From a virus: 64,000 nucleotides of DNA. Shown in pieces: positions 16,855-27,500 of the stretch. The stretch lies in IMG/VR virus record IMGVR_UViG_3300028388_004019, positions 64,001 to 128,000 of that record; one strand, written 5' to 3'. The notes under the pieces were generated by a model. The model saw nothing but the letters and a program-made list of their open reading frames with translations, did no database searches and was not told the DNA's origin. Position 1 is the first letter of the stretch. Each line of letters begins with the position of its first letter. The position numbers and the translations under genes were made by a program.

Positions 16855-18522
16855 TTATAATACGTTCACCCATCCTAAAGACTTGTACATGTACATACCC
16901 TCTTCCCCATCGGAATCAGTATTAGTACAATACACTATCAATCCTGCGATTGGTGAACTTATAGCTAATCTCTGTGCTTGAGTCATCCTTGGTATCAGAA
17001 GACCCTGATTAGTGCTTGCTAATTCTAATAAAGCACAGACTGGTGATGTCGTATTGGTACCCATTGATACCGAACCACCACTAAATGTTAAACTATTAGA
17101 GTCTTGGTCAACAACTCTATTACTTTCTAATTGACCGTCAGCACTGTATAAGTTACCAGTCGTTGTGAAACCAGTAATATCTACAGAACCGTTTGTATTA
17201 TCTAATAGGGATAAGGTACCATTACTTAGTGTACCTCCTGTTATTTCAGGTGCAAAACCTCCAACACTAAACTCCGTACCATCGTTCATACCCAACGTCA
17301 AAGTAGTTGGAGTATATGTAGCACCTGTTAAATAAGTGTCGTCTGAGTCAAGACCTGTTATTGTAATATCTGTTTCTAAACCATCATTGATGTTCAAGGT
17401 AAGATTACCCGAAGAATATGTACCACCGGTAATGAATGGTAATTCAACCGCAGGTGCAGATACTCCTGTTGAAGTTCCTGATAGTGCCCAAACATTTTTA
17501 CCTAAACCTGTTACGGCATCAACAGTGAGTGATGTCGTTGAATTATCATTGAGCGTGACTGTGAATACATTACTACTTTCTGTGACGGTTTTAACGTAAC
17601 TCCAACCAGTGATATCAACATCATTATCATCATTTCTCGAAAGGGATAAAGTACCTGTCGTTTCGGTGTAAGTACCACCTGTTATATATGTATCTGATTC
17701 GACTGTGGTGAAACCTGTTACAACAATATCATCACCAACATTCTTGATTAGGGTAAGTGTGTCCCCAACTAAAGTAGCATTAGAAAGTGCGGTGAAACCA
17801 GTAATATCAACATTGGAGTCATCATTTAGACTCAATTGTAAAGTACCTTGTGAGTTATAAGTTACGGTACCACCAGTAATATAAGTATCAGAACCACCAC
17901 CAGTTGTAAACCCTGTAACATTGATAGTTCCACCTGTATTATTTTCAAGACTTAATGTACCAGTTCCTGAGTTATATGTACCACCTGTAATTTGCCAGTC
18001 AGTACCATAAAAGATTCTCCAACGAGCATTGTCTCTTGTAACACCACTTACACCTTCAATTGAGGAGTCTAACCATGCATCGATGAAATCCTCACCACCA
18101 GTTGTAGACGTAGAGATAGTGGTACCGTTATCACTCTCGGTGGTAGAACCACTCGCACCGTCCCATAAAGTTTCGAAGTTTGGTATAGTATACTGATAAG
18201 TTTTTTGTGTTTCGTGTACGTACACCAACATACCAAGTCTTCTACGACCTGATGAAATATTATCAGAGTTTAGTGTAAGGTTATCAGGTAAGAAGGGTAA
18301 TGTTCTCTTATTGTATTGAATTGGAATGGTATTTCCTGTGAATTCTATAAGACCAGTTTCACCACTCGGTATAGTAAATTTCAAGTCATCGAGAGTATAT
18401 ACCTCCATGTAACCACCAGTCTGTAATACACTGAAATTAGTACCATAAACTTTTTGTCTTTCCGCGGCATTTGTACCTGTTAAGTTGGTCGTTGACGTTG
18501 GATTTTTATATACGAAACTCAT
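16855..18522 (-). CDS. Fibre/structural protein with DTYITGGT repeats, 555 aa
   Basis: N-term GGYMEV..RRRLGMLVYV..YQY; repeated TGGTY..GTL.L..; C-term QGLLIPRMTQAQRLAISSPIAGLIVY. Confidence 0.7.
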   Translation of the reverse strand: MSFVYKNPTSTTNLTGTNAAERQKVYGTNFSVLQTGGYMEVYTLDDLKFTIPSGETGLIEFTGNTIPIQYNKRTLPFLPDNLTLNSDNISSGRRRLGMLVYVHETQKTYQYTIPNFETLWDGASGSTTESDNGTTISTSTTGGEDFIDAWLDSSIEGVSGVTRDNARWRIFYGTDWQITGGTYNSGTGTLSLENNTGGTINVTGFTTGGGSDTYITGGTVTYNSQGTLQLSLNDDSNVDITGFTALSNATLVGDTLTLIKNVGDDIVVTGFTTVESDTYITGGTYTETTGTLSLSRNDDNDVDITGWSYVKTVTESSNVFTVTLNDNSTTSLTVDAVTGLGKNVWALSGTSTGVSAPAVELPFITGGTYSSGNLTLNINDGLETDITITGLDSDDTYLTGATYTPTTLTLGMNDGTEFSVGGFAPEITGGTLSNGTLSLLDNTNGSVDITGFTTTGNLYSADGQLESNRVVDQDSNSLTFSGGSVSMGTNTTSPVCALLELASTNQGLLIPRMTQAQRLAISSPIAGLIVYCTNTDSDGEEGMYMYKSLGWVNVL

Positions 18523-18535
18523 TCCCCTTTTTAAT

Positions 18536-18543
18536 TATAAATA
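18536..18543 (-). promoter_or_regulatory. TATTTATA motif
   Basis: tataaata 13 nt upstream of ATG 18522. Confidence 0.6.
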
Positions 18544-18547
18544 TTCA

Positions 18548-21481
18548 TTAATTCACCAACCCACCTTTAAAGTAGAGAGTTGTTGAACTGTTATCCAATC
18601 TAAAGTCTTGCGACGAGTATGTTGTGTATATTCTATACGTACCATTAGCGAATCCAGTAGGATTAGTAACAGTATAAGTGTAATAAGAAGAGGTCAACGA
18701 ACGAGCTGTTAAGTTAGATGAACCTTGACCATTCGAATTTTCTATTTCCCGTACTCTATTAGCAGTTCCAGCACCACCGATAGACTCATCAGCAATAATC
18801 CATGTGTACCAAGCGTCACCTGATACTGTTCCTGAATTAATCTCAGTAGTAACAAATTTGTATTGTTCAATAGCATTACCAAATGAATCGTTACCACCTC
18901 CTGACTGAGGCACTGTCGCCGTCACAATTGAAGGTACATTACCTGTCCCAGCATTTTGGTTGTAGTAAGATAAGTACGAACCTAAATCAGAAGAACTTGT
19001 CGGACCACTACCATTGGTAAATCCATACCACGAAGCACCAGCATTAAACATGAACGTTCCGATTTCTGATGCGTCTGAATCAGGTTCAATCAATAGATAA
19101 GCGTTAGGAACACTTGCAGTTGATGGTGACACAGTCGGTGTCACTGTATTAGTTGGCGTCAATGATACTGTAGCGGTCGGCGATGCCGTCACTGATGGTG
19201 TTGGTGTTAATGAAGTCGAAGGTGTGACCGATGGTGTTGCGGTTACAGTTGGTGTTACAGTATTAGAAGGAGTAACAGTCGTTGTCGGTGTATTTGTTGG
19301 AGTAGGTGTTGGTGTTTCAGTACCTGCTGGTGTACTCGACGGAGTAACTGAAGGTGTGACTGTATTAGTTGGTGTATTCGTATTCGTTGGTTGTGGAGTA
19401 AACGATGGTGTTGGTGTCACCGTATTAGACGGAGTCACTGTATTCGTAGGTGTATTCGTTGGTGTTATACTCGGTGTCACCGATGATGTTGGTGTATTTG
19501 TTGGCGTAATGGTTGGCGTCACCGATGAAGTAACGGATGGAGTCACTGAAGGAGTAACCGAGTGAGTTGGTGTGTTTGTTGGTGTTATTGTTGGTGTCAC
19601 ACTTGCGGTCAACGATTGAGTTGGCGTAATCGATGGTGTCACCGACGCCGTCGGAGTATTTGTCGGGGTTCTTGTAGGTGTAACAGAAGCTGTCACTGAT
19701 GGTGTTATAGTTTGAGTTGGAGTATAAGAAGCCGTCACTGTAGGTGTTACACTTGCAGTAGGTGTGTTTGTTGGTGTCACTGCAGGTGTACTTGTCGGCG
19801 TGACTGAACTTGTTGGTGTATTTGTTGGTGTTGAACCAGGTGTCGATGTTGGAGTAATACTTGATGTTGGCGTATTTGTCGGTGTACCACCTGGCGTTCC
19901 TGATGGCGTGACAGTTTGCGTAGGAGTATTTGTCGGACTCACGGCCGGTGTTCCTGATGGAGTTACAGTCTGTGTTGGAGTACTTGTTGGAGTACCACCA
20001 GGTGTTTCTGATGGAGTTACTGTCTGTGTTGGAGTATTTGTTGGTGTACCACCTGGTGTTTCTGATGGAGTTAGAGTTTGTGTTGGAGTATTGGTAGGAG
20101 TTACTGATAAAGTAATTGACGGAGTCACAGTTTGAGTTGGGGTACTTGTTGGTGTACCACCAGGTGTTTCTGATGGTGTAACACTTGATGTTGGCGTAGA
20201 AGTAGGAGTTATAGAAGAGGTTACTGTCGGTGTATTTGTAGCAGTATTCGATGGTGTCAATGTTGCGGTTGCCTGTGGAGTTGAAGTTGGCGTACTTGAA
20301 ACAGATACTGATGGTGTTACTGTCGGAGTTGAAGTGTATGTTACTGTTGGCGTAGGAGTAGCAGTTTGACTCGATGCAGGAGTACTTGAAACAGATACTG
20401 ATGGTGTTACTGTAGGAGTTGAAGTAAATGTAGGTGACGGCGTTGGACTCACACCACCTGTTGGAGTTAATGATACAGTACGTGTCGGTTGTGGAGTATT
20501 CGTTACTGATGGAGTCACGGATGATGTGACAGTCACTGTCGGAGTTGGTGTTGCAGTATTTGTAGGTGTTGATGTCGGCGTTGTCGTTACAGTAGCCGAA
20601 GGTGTTGATGTTGGTGTAGAAGTTACTGAGACTGATGGTGTCACCGATGGTGTCGCAGTATTTGTTGGCGTTGAAGTTGGTGTTACTGATGATGTAGGGG
20701 TATTGGTCGGTGTTACGGATGAAGTTGGTGTATTTGTCGGAGTAACTGATGGCGTACTTGTTGGTGTGACATTTATTGTTGAAGTTGGCGTATTCGTAGG
20801 AGTCACCGTACTCGTTATAGTATTTGTTGGAGTAGGTGTAGCCGTGACACCGATAGAAGGGGTGACCGAAGCAGTCGGAGTCGGACTCAATGATGTTGTC
20901 GGGGTTGGAGATGGAGTACCTGAGAATTGGTAATCCTCACTCACTGTAAAGTTATTACCTGCAGGTACACCATTAAACGTAAAACCACTAAAGATAACAT
21001 CACCTCTATCAATCAACTCATAGTTTTCAGATGTGGCAGTCAATGCAGTACTCGCCGATAACGCACCTACTGGTACATTAATAGTAGGAGTAAACGTAAT
21101 GTAACCACCCGTAGTCTTACCAATTAAGTTAGTAAAGGCAACTGCTAAATTAGAAGTTTGTCTTACATTAGATTCTACAGTATATCTAGCAACTACAGAA
21201 CCTGGCTCATATTCTGTAGTAATCGTGATAACTTCAGTATCACCATAAATGATGATTTGTTTAGTGACTGTTTGGTCGTCACAGTCAGGCTGATTGTTTT
21301 CGAATGTTAAAGAGTACTGAGTACCTCCTGAGGTAGCAGGGAAATCATACGTCACCCCAGCAACCAATTGGTCACGAGTTTGACCTGTTAATATTGGTGT
21401 TGTAGACGTTGAACCTGTATATATACTGAAGGGACCAAGAGCGTTACTCCCCAATGTTAATCTTAATACAACCTGAGCCAT
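18548..21481 (-). CDS. Mucin-like protein: globular N- and C-terminal domains joined by ~600 aa of Thr/Pro/Ser repeats, 977 aa
   Basis: Continuous TPT(S/N/Q)T.TPS repeats from ~20930 to ~19120. Confidence 0.85.
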   Translation of the reverse strand: MAQVVLRLTLGSNALGPFSIYTGSTSTTPILTGQTRDQLVAGVTYDFPATSGGTQYSLTFENNQPDCDDQTVTKQIIIYGDTEVITITTEYEPGSVVARYTVESNVRQTSNLAVAFTNLIGKTTGGYITFTPTINVPVGALSASTALTATSENYELIDRGDVIFSGFTFNGVPAGNNFTVSEDYQFSGTPSPTPTTSLSPTPTASVTPSIGVTATPTPTNTITSTVTPTNTPTSTINVTPTSTPSVTPTNTPTSSVTPTNTPTSSVTPTSTPTNTATPSVTPSVSVTSTPTSTPSATVTTTPTSTPTNTATPTPTVTVTSSVTPSVTNTPQPTRTVSLTPTGGVSPTPSPTFTSTPTVTPSVSVSSTPASSQTATPTPTVTYTSTPTVTPSVSVSSTPTSTPQATATLTPSNTATNTPTVTSSITPTSTPTSSVTPSETPGGTPTSTPTQTVTPSITLSVTPTNTPTQTLTPSETPGGTPTNTPTQTVTPSETPGGTPTSTPTQTVTPSGTPAVSPTNTPTQTVTPSGTPGGTPTNTPTSSITPTSTPGSTPTNTPTSSVTPTSTPAVTPTNTPTASVTPTVTASYTPTQTITPSVTASVTPTRTPTNTPTASVTPSITPTQSLTASVTPTITPTNTPTHSVTPSVTPSVTSSVTPTITPTNTPTSSVTPSITPTNTPTNTVTPSNTVTPTPSFTPQPTNTNTPTNTVTPSVTPSSTPAGTETPTPTPTNTPTTTVTPSNTVTPTVTATPSVTPSTSLTPTPSVTASPTATVSLTPTNTVTPTVSPSTASVPNAYLLIEPDSDASEIGTFMFNAGASWYGFTNGSGPTSSSDLGSYLSYYNQNAGTGNVPSIVTATVPQSGGGNDSFGNAIEQYKFVTTEINSGTVSGDAWYTWIIADESIGGAGTANRVREIENSNGQGSSNLTARSLTSSYYTYTVTNPTGFANGTYRIYTTYSSQDFRLDNSSTTLYFKGGLVN

Positions 21482-21496
21482 TTAATTGTTTTAATA

Positions 21497-21503
21497 ATAA
21501 ATA
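21497..21503 (-). promoter_or_regulatory. TATTTAT motif, with two near-copies at 21514-21521 and 21526-21533
   Basis: ataaata, tataaatt and aataaatt in tandem upstream of ATG 21481. Confidence 0.55.
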
Positions 21504-21546
21504 GTTTATAACCTATAAATTACCTAATAAATTACTTTACTTTTTA

Positions 21547-24500
21547 TTAGGGAGTCCATGGGAATCTCACTATAATAGAATTTTCATTACTATTATTCGG
21601 GTTGAAACTGTAAGATGCGGTCGCTGAATTACCATTAGCACTGTCCCTTACAACATAATTACCAAGGGTTATGTGACCTGTTTCAATAGCAGTTGTTGTT
21701 ATTGCTTCACCACATCCCGCACCTGTTGGTGTAGCATTCTGAACAGACACGTTAATGTTATCCGCAGTAGTCGCTTGGAAATTATTAGTACTTAACACAG
21801 GTAATGCATTACTATTTTTCGTAATTGTGACAACAACCGAGCCATTTTTAGTTATGGATGCAGTGAATTTGTCACAATCATTCTCACTAAGTGTCGATGA
21901 TACATAGACAGTAAAGGTCTCTAGTGGTGCCGAAGAAGAAACTGTTGGAGTCGGTGTAGGCGTTGCAGTTTCACTAATTGTTGGAGTCGGAGTTGGTGTT
22001 GAAGTTTCACTAGTCGACGGAGTAACAGTTGGTGTCGGAGTTGATGTTTCACTAATTGTTGGAGTCGGAGTCGGAGTTGATGTTTCACTAATTGTTGGAG
22101 TAACCGTATTTGTAGGTGTCGGAGTAAGAGTCGATGTCTCACTAATAGAAGGCGTAACAGTAACAGTTGATGACGGCGTATTAGTAACCGTTGGCGAAGA
22201 AGTCGGTGTTGAAGTATTTGTCGGAGTTGGTGTTTGAGTTGAGCCAGGTGTGTTAGATACTGAAGGTGTCACCGAAGAAGTAGGTGTCGGAGTAGGTGTT
22301 GATGTTTCACTAATTGTTGGTGTGACGGTAGGTGTTGCAGTTTGACTAACACCCGGTGTGTTCGAAACAGATACTGATGGTGTGTTAGTTGGTGTTACTG
22401 ATGGAGTATCAGATATTGATGGAGTCACAGTAACCGTTTGTGTTACAGTAGAAGTCAAAGTTGGTGTTTGAGTGACTGTTGGTGTTGGTGTTTGAGTCGA
22501 ACCAGGTGTCTGTGAGTTAGTCACCGTAGGTGTAATTGTCGATGTTGGAGTAGGTGTACTTGTTTCTGTTTGAGTTACAGATACTGTAGGGGTAGGTGTC
22601 TGACTTACACCAGGAGTATCCGATACAGTTACAGATGGAGTATTTGTCGGAGTAATTGATGATGTTACTGAAGGCGTTGGTGTCACAGTTTCAGTGGCTG
22701 CCGGTGTTGATGTTGGTGTTATTGATACAGAAGGAGTAACACTTACAGTAGGTGTTGGAGTTGCAGTATTACTAGGTGTTGGGGTAGGACTCGACGGTAC
22801 GTAACTACAATCTAAGTCGTATTCAATCAATACCTGAATATCAACAAATTCATTTGTTTCACAATCACCCGTAATTTTCACACTATTCTGTATTGGGTCA
22901 ACCTCGACTCCTTGTATTCCAACAAATAAAGAAATAACATCTTCGAGTAATTCTGCCCAAACGAAATCAGAAGGAACATCACTTAATGTATATCCCGTGT
23001 AGAAACTTCCTGTTGCAACTTGGCCGTCGTATGAAATATCGTAGTTGAAAATTGCACTGTTAAGTGTACAACCCGACACTCCCAAGTCATCTATCAAATC
23101 TAAGTACCCTTCATTTAATAAATCATAAAAACCTTTCTTGGTCATTGTGGTTGTACTGAAATCATCACTACATATTTCAACTATAGGGAATGAACTTACT
23201 ACTGTCTTTATATCCTGAACAATATATTGTGCGGAATCCTGACAACCATTACTATCAGTCACTAAAACTGAATAGGTACCCTCAGTTTCTGCACTTATAG
23301 TTGAACCTGTTGAACCATCATTCCACAGGTAAGTAAACGGAGCTGTACCACTCAACGTTGTTGCACTTAATACATCAGGTGTTGTGTATGTACCTGGCGT
23401 GACAGTTATAACTACGTTGACTCCAGTCGTTCCTGTGATGTTTATTGTCTCTGAAACACTACATCCCGCACCGTCCACAACTTGAAGTGTGTAACCACCT
23501 TCTTCAACATTATAGAATGTGTAAGCAGATAATGGGGTATCAATAATCGACTGACCATCTGAAAGAATGTAATCCAAAGGCGCTGTGTACCCACTACTCG
23601 GTACTACTTTGATGACACCACTACCACCATTACAAGTATCACCTGTTGTCGTAATAGTAAGTTCGAATTTAGGTGTCGCACTTACAGTAAACTCACCAGT
23701 GTAACAACATCCGTTACTTCCTTCTACTTTGTAGTCATAGGTATCAGAAATAAGATTAGTAAACTGTTGTTGTGTATTAGATGTAGTAACCGATTGTGTA
23801 CCACCTGAAGTCTGACCAGTATAACTGTAAGTGTAAGGACCACCATCACCAACAACTGTGATGGTAACATTACCCAAACTTCCACAGTTTACATAATCAA
23901 GTCTTGTATTCACACTTGTGATACCACCCAAATCACCAATATTAACATTATCAGTCAATGTACAGTTTGAACTATCAGTTATAGTGAATTCGAAATTCCC
24001 TGAAGAACAACCTGTAAAGGTAAATGTGGTGTCTGAAGTAGTACCTGAATATCCATTCTGTCCGGCGTAAGTGTATGGTGCTGTTCCACCACTGATATAG
24101 ACAGTCACCTGACCGTCCTCACTTAAACAACTTGTTGGCGTTGTCGTATAAGAAAGTAGACTTATACCATTGGCCACATTTACCGTGGCAGATTTAATGA
24201 GTTCACAATTGTTACTATCTGTAACTGTTACTGAATACGTACCACCACTTAAATTAGAAATCGTATCACCAGTCGCACCATTTGACCATAAATAAGTGTA
24301 AGGTGAAGAACCTGTAAGTCCCGTAATTTCAATAGCCCCCGTATTGACCCCGCAAGAAGAAGTACCTGTTACAGAAAGACCATAATCTAACGAACTTACA
24401 CCTGATAAAGTCACAGTTGAAGTTTGACCCGTAGCACCACCGTAATCTTCTATGGTTGCATAGTATTCACCATTTGGTAGGTTTTCATATATAGTCGGAT

Positions 24501-27500
24501 TAATTGGACTACTCGTATTAGAGTACACCAAACCATCTTTATAAAGAACTATTTGATATGGTAGTGAGGTTGAATCACCACTTACTTTAATATATCCATT
24601 CTCTGAACCACAAGTTGTACCAGAAAAATCAATATCAGTAAGAATACATCCATCGATATTAACATTGACGTAAATTTCATTGTTTGAATCACCCAAACTA
24701 TCATTAAGTCTGAAAGTATAAGTACCGGCGGAAAGTCCTGTCCAAGTGAAAGGCTGATTTGATGTCCCACCTGTCAATGTACCAGGTAGAATATTATCAA
24801 TAGTATATGGTGGAACACCCGCAAATGGAGAAATAGTTATAACACCACCATTTGCATCTTCACAAGTTCCTGTCACCGAGAAATTATAATCTAAATCTCC
24901 TTGGTCACAATTCTGAGTCATTGGTGTACCGTTAAGTGAAATACCTGAATAAGGTTGTGATGGGTCTAATGGAACTATTTCTCCCACACTTTGACCTGAA
25001 CGGTAAAAACCACAACAATCAGTATAATGATAAGTACCATCTGTCACACCTTCTACACAACTACCACTATCTGAAGGTGAAGGTGTTGGTGTCAAAGTAT
25101 TTGTTGGAGTGACTGATGTAGTCACCGATGGTGTGTAAGTCGGTGTGTAAGTTGGTGTAACAGATGGGGTAGGTGTAGGTGAAGGACAAATACAAGGAGC
25201 GGTATCACAAATATTTTCTGTCAACGCACTGAAATCAAGTGTGATAACAGCACTTCCCGAAGTTTCACTATCGAATGTATAACAAGTTCCAGTATATGCG
25301 TATCCATAACCTTGAGATAGGTCGGTAGATTCAAGGAACACATCCAATCTTTCAGCAACAAACGCCTCAGTAAAACCAGTAACAGTAGGGTCTACATTTA
25401 CCCCAAAGTTTTTGAGTCCAGGTCCATTTTGGTATGATGAGTCCAAGTTTTGGTAAGCAGTTGTTGCTGTAAATGCAGAAAATACATTTATACTCGAAAG
25501 ACCTAGCAGATTTAAATTTTCAGGACCAACTGAAGTGATAGGTTCACCATATTTACTTAGATATTCTGTAGCATTAATAGTCTCACCTTCAACAATTCCA
25601 ACAACATGAGGGACAAAACCTTTTCGTGAATCAGCATCATCAATAACAGGATAAACTAAAGAGTCTATTCTACCGTTTTGCTGTTTGATATCCTCCCAAA
25701 CCTTTAAGTATTGTTCATAATCGTACTCTACTCTATCAGTAGTGAGGTTATTAGGTGTAGTTGCAGTCCAAGTATTACCAATAAGGTTAAATGGGTTAGA
25801 CACCAATGTACTATTATTCGTAAAATCACCATGATAAAGACCAACTAAACCGTCAGCCTCATCAATAATATTAATAACAATATAATTTGTATCACCACCA
25901 TTAAATGTACCTGACCCTGACTCGTCTGTAGTTGTCAAATTACTATGGTTGAACGGCACACCCTGTGAACGTGTATCATTACTACCTGTATTTAAGTCTA
26001 AACCCCTGTTAATTCTTTGATAGACGGTCGTATCATCTCTAAACTGTGTTTTTCTCGGAACACACTTACCATTATCATTAGCCTTACACCAACGTGAGTC
26101 ATATTCAGAATATGTCACACCATTATTCAAAGAACTGTATTCAACGACCGATGTCGAATCACTTAAAGTTCCACCCGTCATCGAACCCAAATATGGATAT
26201 GACATCCACCATATCCAGTTCTCACCATTACGAGAGTTATCACCAACAATACCCTCATATAAACTACCTAATTCAGAAGAATTTGAATTAAACCAACTAC
26301 GAATCGATTCCGAAGCACCAGAAGCAGTTGCGGAATCTAATGAAGTCCCATCATAGAATACATAAACATTTGGAGGGCCCGGCACATTTACATCAACAAT
26401 AATACTATCGGAGGAATCACAACAAGCAGTCATAGACCACGTTTCTGTAGAGGAACCCGGTGTCGAAGATGGTGTTGGGGTAGGAGTATTCGATGTAGTT
26501 ACTGTAGGACCAGGGGTATATGTCGGTGTGTAAGTTGGTGTAACAGATGGGGTAGGTGTCGGTGAATCACACGGTGGACATTCACCATCTTCACAACCAA
26601 CCGCCAAAACAGGATTACCAACACCAGAATAAACATAAGAAGGACCCGAACCTGAATAAGTTACGGCCGTTGCACAAACACCATTCGTACCATCAAAATT
26701 ATAATTATAAGTTTGACCGATAACAATATTAGTCGTACCCGTATAACCACTAAAAATGAAATATCCTCCACAACAATCCTCGAATTGATAATCATTACTT
26801 GATGAAGAGGTTGTTACCGTTGGAGTTACCGTTGGAGTTATCATTGGGGTAGGTGTAGATGTTTCCGAAATTGAAGGCGTAGGTGTAGGGGTAGGTGCAG
26901 ATGTTTCCGAAATTGAAGGTGTTGGTGTAGGGGTAGGTGCACTACACAATGAATCGGAACAACCACCAGGAATTTCTGTACTTTGGGAATCAACAACATA
27001 TCCGTTGAATGTTACAGTCGTTGCAGTGGCATTAACATTAGTATAACACCCATCAGGAATATCAGAAACATTTTCGATTTTATATACGTTTCCAGAAACA
27101 GGTGGTCCACCAAAAGCTGTGTCATATTCACCTTGTCTTGTTCTATAAAGGTCATCACCATTACAGGGTTCGAAATAGTAGTAATCCAAACATGGTGTCT
27201 CTCCGGTACAAGAATTACACATCACCTCACCTGATGGTGTATAATAACCATCTATAGTACCTGTAATAGTATAACCAGTAGTGATTTGTGTATATGCACC
27301 AACACACTCTCCATTTATGGTAACACCTGTATTTTGTTGTGGACCTAATGACCCCCTAATGTTACCATTCAATGTATCTGCAGTGAAGACATACACACTT
27401 TCGTCACAACACGACGCAGCACTATAGTATAGTATATCATTACCAGTACCACCAGTACAAGCACCACAATTGTCGTAAGCGGTAACAATCGTGTTACCAT

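Noticed and set aside
11070-20933. + strand ORFs opposite the fibre and mucin genes, including the 462-aa ORF 14996..16384
   Set aside because: Shadow frames of low-complexity Gly/Thr/Ser/Pro coding sequence; no upstream motif and no recognisable domains.
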